DNA of 64,000 nt from Myxococcota bacterium (GTDB lineage Bacteria; Myxococcota_A; UBA9160; UBA6930), in contig OZ245002.1 of the NCBI GenBank assembly GCA_965223415.1, positions 5,769,098 to 5,833,097 on the forward strand. The letters run 5' to 3'. The notes under the pieces were generated by a model that was not told the origin of the DNA, did no database searches, and was given only the letters and a program-made list of their open reading frames with translations. The translations under genes were made by a program, and so were the position numbers. Of this stretch, positions 10,949 to 25,276 are shown one piece after another (position 1 is the stretch's first letter; every line of letters begins with the position of its first letter).

Positions 10949-12739
10949 TCACTCGGAGTCCGGACGGAGCACGAGGAAATGCTCGTCGTCTCCTACGTGG
11001 ACGTTGCGGGTCGTGATCCGTCCGTCCGGAAAGCGAGCGACCACCCGCCGCAGACCCTGGGGCACGATCAGCTCGCCGAGGGGCGTCTCGCCCTTGGGCT
11101 CGCCATCGATCTCGATCGACGCCCAGGGAATCGCGTTCACGCTGAGCCGCCCCGGGGCGGGAGCCTCCGAGGGCGCGGGGGCCCGGGAAGGCGGCGGGGG
11201 AGGCGACTCGACGACGGGCGCAGCCGCGGGGCTGCCGGCCCGTGGCGAAGGCGTCGCGACCCGGGCCTCGCGCGGCGGCGCCGCCGCAACGTCCGGACGG
11301 GTGGCGGGCGACGGCTCGGCCGCGACGTCCGGGCGCGGCTCCGGCGGCGGCTCGACGACCACCTCGGGAGGCGCTTCCGGCTGCGGCTCCACGGCCAGTT
11401 CGGGGCGCGATTCCGGCTGCGCCTCGACCGCGACTTCGGGGCGCGATTCCGGCTGCGCCTCAACCGCGACTTCGGGACGGGCGTCGGGCTGCGCCTGCTC
11501 CGCCGGATCGGATTGAGTCAGGAAGGCGCCCACCGCGCCGAGCAGCAAACCGGCCACCAGGCCTGCGGCCACGACGCGCGCTCGCTCGCTCTGGAGCAGC
11601 GGCCGCCCGACGTCCTGCGCACCGCGAAGCCACGAGCGCCCCTGCCGAAGCAGCGCGGAGCCGACGCGGCGGCCTCGCAGGGCGAGGGCCCGGAGCGGGA
11701 CGACGTCGGGTGCGGCCCGCACCGCCGGCCCCGCCTGCGTGCTCGGCTCGTCGGGGGACGTGGCGACCGGGGCGACCGCCTGCGCGACCTCCGCGCCCGG
11801 AACGGCCGCCGCGGGCGGGGTCGCCGGCGGCTCGGGGCGGCGGAAGGTGAACGGGAGGTTCCTGGCAATCTCCTCGATCGCCTCGCGGTCCGTCTTCGGG
11901 CGGGGCGTTTCGGTGCCGGGGCGGCGAGCCGGGGCGGGCGGCGCATCGATCGGCGGCTCGGGCGCCGCGATCTTCTCGGCCGGAGGCGGTGCGAGATCGA
12001 CGGGCGGTGAGGACGGCGGCGACGACGGGATCGGATCGCCGCGAGCCTCCGGCTCCTCCGACGCCTCCGGGCCGACGCCCTGCAGCAGCTTGATCGTCAG
12101 GCCGTGGAGCGTGTTCGTGCTGCCCGCGGCCCGGCGATGGAGATCGGCGATCGTCGCGTCGTCGAAGCGGGCGCAGACCTCCTCCGACGCACCGCTCTGC
12201 TCCAGCCGTTCGCGCAGGTACTCCCGGGTCTCGGCGAGGGTCATCGGCTCGGTCAGCCAGACCTCACCCTGGGGCGGGTCCTCGTCGTCCTCGGGCGTCG
12301 CCGTCTCACTCACCAGCAGCCGAAGCCCCTCCTGGTGGGCGCACGCGCGAGCGAGATGGCGACGGGTCTCCTGGGGCTGGAGGTGGGCGTCGTCGACCAT
12401 CAACAGGAGCGCACCCCCGCGGCGGTGGGCCCGCGCGGCGGCGTGGGCCACTGCCGCCTCCGGATCGCCGCGGGCACCCAGCTCGTCGGCCACCCAGGCC
12501 CACAGCTCCTGGGGCTCCAGCTTCGGGTAGGGAAGGTACACGCACCGCCACGCGGGACCGAGCCGCTCGGCGACCAGGCGGAGTAGCAGCGTCTTGCCGA
12601 GGCCGGCGGGCCCGGCCAGGCGCACGCAGAGATCGCCGCCGTGGAGGAGCCGGAGCAGCCCGGCCAGGGCCCTCTCCATCGCCGGACGCGGCACGTAGCT
12701 CTCGGTCGCGGCGGTCAGGGGAAAGGGATCGAAGGGCAC
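10949..12739 (-). CDS. ExeA/GspA-like AAA ATPase with TM, Pro-rich repeats and C-terminal PEGA-like domain
   Basis: DPF N-terminus, Walker A GPAGLGKT, Walker B LLMVDDAH, TM VVAAGLVAGLLLGAVGAFL, GRLSVNAIPWASIEIDG...GETPL. Confidence 0.8.
   Translation of the reverse strand: MPFDPFPLTAATESYVPRPAMERALAGLLRLLHGGDLCVRLAGPAGLGKTLLLRLVAERLGPAWRCVYLPYPKLEPQELWAWVADELGARGDPEAAVAHAAARAHRRGGALLLMVDDAHLQPQETRRHLARACAHQEGLRLLVSETATPEDDEDPPQGEVWLTEPMTLAETREYLRERLEQSGASEEVCARFDDATIADLHRRAAGSTNTLHGLTIKLLQGVGPEASEEPEARGDPIPSSPPSSPPVDLAPPPAEKIAAPEPPIDAPPAPARRPGTETPRPKTDREAIEEIARNLPFTFRRPEPPATPPAAAVPGAEVAQAVAPVATSPDEPSTQAGPAVRAAPDVVPLRALALRGRRVGSALLRQGRSWLRGAQDVGRPLLQSERARVVAAGLVAGLLLGAVGAFLTQSDPAEQAQPDARPEVAVEAQPESRPEVAVEAQPESRPELAVEPQPEAPPEVVVEPPPEPRPDVAAEPSPATRPDVAAAPPREARVATPSPRAGSPAAAPVVESPPPPPSRAPAPSEAPAPGRLSVNAIPWASIEIDGEPKGETPLGELIVPQGLRRVVARFPDGRITTRNVHVGDDEHFLVLRPDSE
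11399..11496. repeat. 36-bp coding tandem repeat (QPESRPEVAVEA units)
   Basis: Two copies differing by 1 nt (11399-11434, 11435-11470) plus degenerate flanking copies. Confidence 0.9.
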
Positions 12740-12744
12740 GGTGC

Positions 12745-13584
12745 TCAGTCCCGGAACGCCGGCAGTTTGGTCGTGGCTTCGAGGGTGCGCGCGGAGAAGA
12801 GCGTGTCGGGGATCTCCGGGTTCACGCGAATGCGCCGGAAGTACACGTCGGTGACGACGCCCTCTTCCTCTCCTTCGATCACCCAGTGGCTGGGCAGCAG
12901 GTGGCCCGGAAAGGGCACCATCTCTTCGGCCGGCGCCAGGATCGTCCGCCCCGGGGTCTCGGAGCCGGGCCGGAAGTAGCGGGCCTCCCGGATCGCGTAG
13001 CTGCCGGGCTCGATGAAGATCTCGACGCTCGAATAGCCGGTGTCCTTGAACGGCTCGACGCGCACCCGGTGGACCCGTTCGTCCCCGCGCTGCTCCACGC
13101 TCCGCCCGACGACGGCGAACTCGTCCGCATGGTTCACCTCCAGGTCCCCGAGGTGCAGGTCGGTCCCCAGGACCAGGTCCGCGCGTTGGGCGCTGGTGAA
13201 GCGGCGGACGCGCTGGAACTGGGGGAGGAAGAGGAAGCGGTCGTAGCTCGCCCCCCCACGGTGCTCGATCCGCAGCGAACGCAGGCCGTAGAGCTCGTTG
13301 CCCAGGCGGTAGTCGAGGAGGCTGTGGGCGCGGCCGCCGATCCGCTTGCGCGCCTGGGTAACCTCGTGCCGGCGCACCACCTTGCCGTCCTTGCGGGTCA
13401 CGATCTCCACGTGCTGGGAGAGGTCGACGCCGTAGAGGTTCTGGAAGGCGCGCTCGAGCACCTCTCTTCCCGAAACGTGGTGGAGCGGGTCGTCGACGAC
13501 GGGAAAGGCGTCGCCCAGGGATTGGGACGCCGCCGGAGCCGCCGCGGCCAGCACCAGCCAGACGATCGCCGAGCCTCGGATCAC
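12745..13584 (-). CDS. Outer-membrane lipoprotein-sorting protein (LolA-like)
   Basis: GTG at 13584 overlaps the upstream stop; signal peptide; FLFLPQFQRVRR, LGTDLHLGDL and VNPEIPDTLFS motifs. Confidence 0.78.
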   Translation of the reverse strand: MIRGSAIVWLVLAAAAPAASQSLGDAFPVVDDPLHHVSGREVLERAFQNLYGVDLSQHVEIVTRKDGKVVRRHEVTQARKRIGGRAHSLLDYRLGNELYGLRSLRIEHRGGASYDRFLFLPQFQRVRRFTSAQRADLVLGTDLHLGDLEVNHADEFAVVGRSVEQRGDERVHRVRVEPFKDTGYSSVEIFIEPGSYAIREARYFRPGSETPGRTILAPAEEMVPFPGHLLPSHWVIEGEEEGVVTDVYFRRIRVNPEIPDTLFSARTLEATTKLPAFRD

Positions 13585-14480
13585 GGCGTGCCCCGCTCGA
13601 GCCACCAGGTGCGCAGCGGCGGCTCCCGCATCGGGAAGTCCAGGACGTGCACGCTGGCGACCTCGCCCGGCGCGAGCCGCAGCGGGCCGATGATCTCCGG
13701 CGGCGACACGTCGAGCCACACCGTCACGTCGCCGGGGATCACCGAGACCGTGTCCCCGGAGCGGCCCGCGGCGAGGGCGTCGCCGTCCGGCGCGTGACCG
13801 ATGCGCACCTGGAAGCTCGGCTCGCTCGGGGACAGGCGGCCCACCAACGGCCCGGGCCCCTCGATGCGCGGCCGCAGGCCGGCCAGACAGCTCGGAACGG
13901 CAACCTCCGGTGGGACGACCCAGTCGATCCAGAGCCCGCGGGTGCTCAGCTGCTGGGCGGCGACGCAGAGATCGGAGCAGGCATCCTCCAGCGCGGCGCT
14001 GAAGACGACGAGCCGCTCGGACGAGCGCGCCGAGCGGGGCTCGACCGCGACACCGCGGAGCGCCGCCGCCAGGGAGCCGGAGCCGCCCGAACTGGCGCGC
14101 TGGAGCTGCGCCGCGAGATCCTGGCCCGTGCGCGGCTCGAGCCGCAGCCCCTCGTCGCAGCCCTCGGCCGTCGCGTGGCCGACCAGCCGCGCGCGCGTCA
14201 GGCTCCCGGGCGGGAGCGCGTCGACGAAGGCCGAGGCGTGTCCGAGCGACCGCCCGCCAGAGCCCCCCCGCGCGTCGACGAGCACCTCCACGGGCGTCGG
14301 CGGATCGCCGAGAGGCGTGTCCGGAACCGCGAAGCCCCGGTGCACCTGCACCGAGAGCTGGGCGGGGCCCGACGGGCCCGGCGCCTGCAAGGACGGCAGG
14401 GCCTGGCAGCCCACCAGGGTCAGGGCGGCGAAGAGGGGCGCAAGCCCGTTCCATTCCTCGAGGGGAAAGGGGAGCCTCAT
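13581..14480 (-). CDS. Lipoprotein with degenerate vWA-like domain
   Basis: Lipobox LVGC; VEVLVD, LVGH...GC and LVVFS...EDACSDLC patterns resemble Cys-containing vWA domains. Confidence 0.6.
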   Translation of the reverse strand: MRLPFPLEEWNGLAPLFAALTLVGCQALPSLQAPGPSGPAQLSVQVHRGFAVPDTPLGDPPTPVEVLVDARGGSGGRSLGHASAFVDALPPGSLTRARLVGHATAEGCDEGLRLEPRTGQDLAAQLQRASSGGSGSLAAALRGVAVEPRSARSSERLVVFSAALEDACSDLCVAAQQLSTRGLWIDWVVPPEVAVPSCLAGLRPRIEGPGPLVGRLSPSEPSFQVRIGHAPDGDALAAGRSGDTVSVIPGDVTVWLDVSPPEIIGPLRLAPGEVASVHVLDFPMREPPLRTWWLERGTP

Positions 14481-15568
14481 GTCCCGTTCCGAACCGCCTC
14501 GAAGGCGCGCCGAACCTTGGGCGGCGTGGAGGCCCCGAGCTCCAGGCCGGGCTGCGCCCGGAGTGCGCGACGGAAGTGCTCCTGGGCGGCGCCCTCTTGG
14601 CCCAGGGCGATCTGGGCGGTGCCGGCCAGGAGCTCCGCCCGCGCCACGCGGTCGCGCCGCGCCTGCTCCGCCGGGAGCTCCTCCGAGGCGCGCACCACCT
14701 GGGGCAGCAGCTCGAGGGCACTGCGGAAGCGCGCCTGGTCGATGAGCCGCTGGGCATCGGCCAGCACCACGTCCACCGCATCGAGGGGGGACGGCTCGGG
14801 CAGGGCAGGTTCCGCCACCGGCGGCGCGGCGGCCACCACCGCGGGGCCGGGAACATCGGCCTCCAGAGCCGCGCCCGTCACCGCGGGACCGGGAAGGTCC
14901 GACTCGGGGGCCGAGGCCTGCGGCGCCGGCGTGGGGGCAACGGGCTCGGGAGGCGAGGGCTCGGGCGGCGGAGCCCCCGCCACCGGGGAGGGCGCCGGCT
15001 CCGCGGGCTCGGTCTCGGGAACCGCCTGCATCCGAACCACGACCACCGGCGCGGGCTCCGGGGCCGGTGCCGCCTCACGCTCGGGCGGCGGTGCGCTCGG
15101 AGCGGCGACCTGCGCGGAGGCGTCGGACCGGCGCGGCACGAGCGCGAGGCGAAGCGCTCCGTCCACGCTCTCCGCGGTGCCGGACGGGCCCTCGAAGGGA
15201 CTGTCGCCCGCGAGACCGAGGGCCCGGTGGACGTTCTCGGCGGCGACCTCTTCCGCCCGCCGGGCGATCTGCTCGTTGCCCGGATCGAGGCATCGCGCGT
15301 GGCTCCAGAAGCGGTAGGCCTCGATCCGATCGATGGGCTCGAGTACGAGCGCCAACCGGTTCAGCTCCGCCACCCGCGCACGGGCCCACTCGGCCTGGGC
15401 CTTCTGCGGGTGGTCGACCGTGGGGAGCGGATCGGGCTCGCCCGGCCAGGCCGGACACGCACGTCCCTCCGCCGAGCGGGCGGCGACGAGGAGGACGAGG
15501 AGAAGGAAGAGGACGACGGACGCGTGACCGCGACGCGAAGGCCCCTGCATCGGAGGGGGAAGGGACAT
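14477..15568 (-). CDS. Secreted Pro/Ala-rich protein with TPR-like helices
   Basis: Hydrophobic signal segment, long PA/PE linker, C-terminal AELLAGTAQIALG...HFRRALRAQP...PPKVRRAF. Confidence 0.65.
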   Translation of the reverse strand: MSLPPPMQGPSRRGHASVVLFLLLVLLVAARSAEGRACPAWPGEPDPLPTVDHPQKAQAEWARARVAELNRLALVLEPIDRIEAYRFWSHARCLDPGNEQIARRAEEVAAENVHRALGLAGDSPFEGPSGTAESVDGALRLALVPRRSDASAQVAAPSAPPPEREAAPAPEPAPVVVVRMQAVPETEPAEPAPSPVAGAPPPEPSPPEPVAPTPAPQASAPESDLPGPAVTGAALEADVPGPAVVAAAPPVAEPALPEPSPLDAVDVVLADAQRLIDQARFRSALELLPQVVRASEELPAEQARRDRVARAELLAGTAQIALGQEGAAQEHFRRALRAQPGLELGASTPPKVRRAFEAVRNGT

Positions 15569-15638
15569 TCAAACAGGATTCTACGACGGATCCCGACGGG
15601 AATCTCCCTCCAATACGCGCATCGCGAATCGGAACCGG

Positions 15639-18161
15639 CTACGGCTCGGACGCGCGCTCCTCGATGGCGGAGAGCAGCGCAGGGACGTCGATGCTCGCCT
15701 CCAGCACCCGCCGCAGCGGGTCCCCGCTCTTCTCCAGGCGCTTCCGGGCGGTGCGGAGGTTCCACCTCGTCGGATCCAAGCGTCGGGTCACCTGGGGCCA
15801 GGTCAGGGGCATCGACACCGGGGCTCCGGGGCGTGGCCGCACCGAGAGGGGCGACGCGATCAGCTGCCCCCGGGCGTTCTGCCCGTAGTCCACGTAGACC
15901 TTGCCGCCGCGGCTGGCGGCGGGCCGCGTCACGGTCGCGATCCCCGGCAAGGCCGCCACCACGCGCCGGGCGAGCACCTCGGCCAGGGTGCGCGACTCCT
16001 TGTGGGTGAGCTGCCCTCCGAGGGGCAGCAGGATGTGCAGCCCGTCCTGGCCGGACGTCTTCACGAAGTGGCACACGTCCAGAGCCTCGAGCTGCCGATG
16101 CAGCTCCCGTGCGATCGCCACCACGTCGGCGAAGGGCGCCTCCTTCGGGTCGAGGTCCACGATGCACCAGTCCGGATGCTCGAGATCGGTGATGCGGGAG
16201 CTCCACACGTGCAGGGGGATCGCGCCGGAGTTGACCACGTAGAGCAGCGTGCGCAGCTCGTTGCAGACGAAGTAGTCGGTGCCATCGATCGTCTCGCGCT
16301 GCACCCAGGCGGGCGTGAAGCTGGGCGCGTTCTTCTGGTAGAAGTGCTTGCCCTCGATGCCGTCCGGGTAGCGAGTGAGCACGACCGGGCGATCGCGCAG
16401 GTAGGGCGCGATCCAGGGCCAGACCCCCTCGTAGTAGGCCAGCAGGTCGCCCTTCGTGTAGCCGCTGGCCGGCCAGAACACCTTGTCCTGGCGGGTGAGC
16501 TGGAGCTCCTCGCCCTGGGCCGGCGGATCGGGGGTCGGCAGGTCGGGTTCGGCCGCGGGCCGCGCCCCCGGCGCCGCGCACTCGGCGAGCGACACGTCCG
16601 GGAGCAGCCGGCGGAACACCGGATGGCGGAGCGTCCCGTTCGAAGTGAGGTCTGTGTAGCCCGCCTCGCAGACGAGCTCCGGCTCCAGGTAGCGCGTGCC
16701 GTCGGGCGGACGCTCGGGCCCGTCGCGCATGGCGGGTGTCGCCCGCTGCAGGCGCTCGGCGTCGGCAAGGATCTCGTCGATGTGGCCGTCCCGGAGGCCG
16801 GAGCCCGCGTTGCCCACGTAGCAGAGCTCGCCGTCGCGCCAGCCCGCGAGCATCACCGAGCCCAGCGAACGGCGGGAGCCCTGACCGGGCGAGATACCGA
16901 CGATCGCCAGGGCGGCGGAGCGCGGCACCTTGATCTTGAGCCAGCGCTTCGAGCGGCGGCCGTCTTCGTAGGGGGCGTCGGACCGCTTGGCCACGACGCC
17001 TTCGAGGCCGTGCTCGGTGGCGGCGGCGAAGAGCACCTCGCCGTCTCCTTCGACGTGGTCCGCGAAGCGAAGCGTCCCGATCGGCGGGACGCACCGGGCG
17101 AGCAGGCCCTTGCGCTCCACGAGGGACAGTGCACGCAGGTCGAAGCCCGCGGCGCCGAGCAGGTCGAAGGCGTAGAAGACCGTCGGCACCTCGACCACGC
17201 CGCGGGCGATCGCGGCGGCGTCGGTCTGGGTGAAGCGTCGGGTCAGGTCGCCGAACGACGCGCGCCCGGAGGCATCGAGGGCGACGACCTCGCCGTCGAG
17301 GAGCGCGTCGTCGAGCGGAAGGTGGCGGAGCGCGGTGGCGATCTCCGGATAGACGGCCGTGCGGTCCCGGCCCAGCCGCGAGAAGAGCCGCACCGCGTCG
17401 CCGCGCTTCTCGGCGAGGAGGCGCACCCCGTCGTACTTGAGCTCGAACAGCCAGGCGGGGTCCGAAAAGGCGGTCTTGCGAACGTCGGCGAGCATCGGCC
17501 GCAGCCGGGCGGCGTCGAGCTCGGCGCGCCGCGCGCCGGCGGCCTCGGCCGCCGCGGCCACCGCCTCGTCGCGGCGGGTGCCGGCTTCGAGCTCGTCCAC
17601 CGTGAGCCCGGAGAACACGGAGGCGGGCTGGGCCTCCACCAGCTCGCGGTCCTCCGGGGGCGTCGCCCCCTTCTTGAAGAGCAGCCAGTCCCGCTCGCCG
17701 TCCCGGGCGGTACGCACCAGGGCGAAGCGGCCGCGCAGCTTCGAGCCCTCGAGCAGCAGGTCGAGCTTGCCGGCGGCCAGGCCCTCGGCCGGCGTGCGGC
17801 CGTCCACGCTCCGGTAGACGCCGTGGTCCCAGACGATCATCGCGCCGGCGCCGTAGTTGCCCTCCGGGATGACGCCCTCGAAGTCGCCGTACTCGAGGGG
17901 GTGGTCCTCGGTCTGCACGGCGAGGCGCTTCTCCGCCGGGTCCAGGCTCGGCCCCCGCGGCACCGCCCAGCTCACCAGGACCCCTTCGATCTCGAGGCGC
18001 AGGTCCCAGTGCATGCGGCTGGCGTCGTGCTGCTGGACCACGAAGCGGCGGCGGGCATCGGGGGGAAGAGCACGCGGCGCAGCACCCCCGGAGAGATCCC
18101 CGAAGGGCTCCGGCGTGCGATCCGGGTCGCGCTTCTTCCGGTAAAGCCGGAGATCTGCCAT
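15639..18161 (-). CDS. ligD: NHEJ DNA ligase D (phosphoesterase-ligase-polymerase)
   Basis: YRKKRD...TPEP, FVVQQH...HWDLRLE, ELKYDG, EGVVAK, RYPDGI and DLDP motifs; ATG at 18161. Confidence 0.96.
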   Translation of the reverse strand: MADLRLYRKKRDPDRTPEPFGDLSGGAAPRALPPDARRRFVVQQHDASRMHWDLRLEIEGVLVSWAVPRGPSLDPAEKRLAVQTEDHPLEYGDFEGVIPEGNYGAGAMIVWDHGVYRSVDGRTPAEGLAAGKLDLLLEGSKLRGRFALVRTARDGERDWLLFKKGATPPEDRELVEAQPASVFSGLTVDELEAGTRRDEAVAAAAEAAGARRAELDAARLRPMLADVRKTAFSDPAWLFELKYDGVRLLAEKRGDAVRLFSRLGRDRTAVYPEIATALRHLPLDDALLDGEVVALDASGRASFGDLTRRFTQTDAAAIARGVVEVPTVFYAFDLLGAAGFDLRALSLVERKGLLARCVPPIGTLRFADHVEGDGEVLFAAATEHGLEGVVAKRSDAPYEDGRRSKRWLKIKVPRSAALAIVGISPGQGSRRSLGSVMLAGWRDGELCYVGNAGSGLRDGHIDEILADAERLQRATPAMRDGPERPPDGTRYLEPELVCEAGYTDLTSNGTLRHPVFRRLLPDVSLAECAAPGARPAAEPDLPTPDPPAQGEELQLTRQDKVFWPASGYTKGDLLAYYEGVWPWIAPYLRDRPVVLTRYPDGIEGKHFYQKNAPSFTPAWVQRETIDGTDYFVCNELRTLLYVVNSGAIPLHVWSSRITDLEHPDWCIVDLDPKEAPFADVVAIARELHRQLEALDVCHFVKTSGQDGLHILLPLGGQLTHKESRTLAEVLARRVVAALPGIATVTRPAASRGGKVYVDYGQNARGQLIASPLSVRPRPGAPVSMPLTWPQVTRRLDPTRWNLRTARKRLEKSGDPLRRVLEASIDVPALLSAIEERASEP

Positions 18162-18239
18162 GACGAACCGCCCGTATGGTAGTCTGACTGTCCCTCTCTT
18201 CCCCACACCGGCAACCTTCCCCCTGCAGGTGTCTCCTCC

Positions 18240-19091
18240 ATGGCAGCCCGCGCGACGTCCTCTGGGACGATTTCCTTCGGCCTGGTGTCGATTCCGGTCA
18301 AGGTCTACGCGGCGACGCGTTCCAAGAGCGTCCGCTTCAACATGCTGGACCCCAAGGATCGCTCCCGCGTGAAGCAGCAGCTCGTGAACGCCCAGACCGG
18401 CGAAGCGGTCGAACGCGGCGAGACCCTCAAGGGCTACGAACACGCCCGGGACCAGTACGTGGTGTTCGACGAGGCCGAGCTGAAGGCCCTCGAGCACAAG
18501 AGCGACAAGTCGATCGAGATCGAGGAGTTCGTCCCGATCGAGCGGGTCGACCCCCGCTACTTCGCGGGCGCCCAGCTGCTCGGTCCGGACAAGGGCGGCC
18601 AGAAGGCCTACCGGCTGCTGAACGAGTCCATGACAATGATGGGCCAGGTGGCCATCGGGCGCTGGAACACGCGCGGCAAGCAGCAGCTCGTCCTGATCCG
18701 TCCGGTGCAGCGCGGCCTCATGCTGCACGCCCTCCACTACGCCGACGAGATCCGCGACTTCGACGAGATCGAGTTCGGCGACGAGGTGACGCTGAAGAAG
18801 GGCGAGGTGGACCTCGCCACCCAGCTCATCGAGCAGCTCGAGAGTGCGGAGTTCAAGCCCGAGAAGTACGAGGACGGCTACCGCCAGGCGGTGCTCGAGG
18901 CGGTGGACCGCAAGGTCGCCGGCGAAGAGGTCGTCCTCGCGAAGCCCGCCGAGACCCAGGAACAGATCATCGACCTGGTCGCGGCGCTGAAGAAGAGCCT
19001 CGAGGAGAAGAGCGCCGACGCCCCAAAGAAGGTCGGCCCCAAGAAGGTCACCCAGCCGAAAAAGGCCCCCGCCAAGCGCAAGCGCGCCTAG
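18240..19091 (+). CDS. ku: NHEJ Ku protein
   Basis: GTISFGLVSIPVK, IIDLVAALKKSL and a basic C-terminal tail; divergent from ligD. Confidence 0.96.
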   Translation: MAARATSSGTISFGLVSIPVKVYAATRSKSVRFNMLDPKDRSRVKQQLVNAQTGEAVERGETLKGYEHARDQYVVFDEAELKALEHKSDKSIEIEEFVPIERVDPRYFAGAQLLGPDKGGQKAYRLLNESMTMMGQVAIGRWNTRGKQQLVLIRPVQRGLMLHALHYADEIRDFDEIEFGDEVTLKKGEVDLATQLIEQLESAEFKPEKYEDGYRQAVLEAVDRKVAGEEVVLAKPAETQEQIIDLVAALKKSLEEKSADAPKKVGPKKVTQPKKAPAKRKRA

Positions 19092-19098
19092 GAACGCA

Positions 19099-19168
19099 AG
19101 AACGGGGACGTTCCTTGCAACTTGCGTTCTTCGCCCAAAACGCAAGTTGCAAGGAACGTCCCCGTTCT
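19099..19168. repeat. Perfect 30-bp inverted repeat with 10-nt loop (REP/REPIN-like)
   Basis: AGAACGGGGACGTTCCTTGCAACTTGCGTT (19099-19128) and its exact reverse complement (19139-19168). Confidence 0.9.
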
Positions 19169-19251
19169 GTCACGTGTGCAATCCAGTCGCGAGTGCCTAG
19201 AATCGGGCCATCCCTCGAACCCCCCACGCCTTCGCGCTTTCGAGGATTCCG

Positions 19252-24491
<5,240 letters not shown>

Positions 24492-24499
24492 GCGCGCGC

Positions 24500-25276
24500 G
24501 TGCACGACGAACGCATCCGCGAGGCCTTCACCCAGCAGGCGCCGACCCTGGCCGTCGCCCCCACCTTCCACGCGCAGGACGTGATGGACGCCATTCGCGC
24601 GGGGCTCGGCGGGAACGGCCGGGGCCGGCTCCTCGACGCGGGCTGCGGCCCCGGCATCGTGCTCGCGGCCGCGGGCGCGGACTTCGCCCAGGTGGAGGGG
24701 CTCGACCTCACGCCGGCCATGGTCCAGCGCGCCCGCGAGGCCTGCCACGAGGCGGGCCTGGCCTCCGCCCGCCTCCACGAAGGCTCGATGCTCGCCATGC
24801 CCTTCGAGGACGGACGCTTCGACGCGGTGGTCACGCGGCTGACCCTCCACCACCTGGAGGCGCCCGGCGACGCGCTGCGCGAGATGGCGCGGGTGCTCGC
24901 GCCGGGAGGGACGTTGGTCGTCGCGGACATCCTCGGCTGCGAGGATCCCGCCGAGGCAGCGCTCCACGACGCGCTCGAGATCCTGCGCGACCCGAGCCAT
25001 GTGCGACTCCTCCCCGAGGCCCAGCTGCAGAGCCTGCTCGAGACGGCGGGGCTGCGGGTGAGCGGGTGCCAGAAGCTCACGCGGCACCGGCGCTTCGCCG
25101 AGTGGGCGGCCATCGTCGACGCGCCGGAGCGCACGGCGCCCCTCGAGCTGGCGATGCGCACGCTGGCAGCGTCGGGCTGCGGTCGCGGCATCGAGCTCCA
25201 CCTGGAGGACGGCGAGCCCGCCTTCCTCCACCGCTGGGCCATCTGGACCGCCCGCAAGGACCCGCCTCGCCCATGA
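24500..25276 (+). CDS. Class I SAM-dependent methyltransferase
   Basis: LLDAGCGPG, MPFEDGRFDAV and EMARVLAPGG motifs. Confidence 0.88.
   Translation: MHDERIREAFTQQAPTLAVAPTFHAQDVMDAIRAGLGGNGRGRLLDAGCGPGIVLAAAGADFAQVEGLDLTPAMVQRAREACHEAGLASARLHEGSMLAMPFEDGRFDAVVTRLTLHHLEAPGDALREMARVLAPGGTLVVADILGCEDPAEAALHDALEILRDPSHVRLLPEAQLQSLLETAGLRVSGCQKLTRHRRFAEWAAIVDAPERTAPLELAMRTLAASGCGRGIELHLEDGEPAFLHRWAIWTARKDPPRP

Noticed and set aside
11290..11496. CRISPR-like repeat array
   Set aside because: Head-to-tail in-frame 36-bp coding repeats without unique spacers, and no cas genes
15639..19145. 1168-aa ORF suggesting an N-terminally extended LigD
   Set aside because: The extension is the antisense of ku; the LigD family N-terminus begins at ATG 18161
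19099..19168. Simple rho-independent terminator of ku
   Set aside because: No U-tract and a 30-bp stem far longer than typical; treated as a repeat element instead
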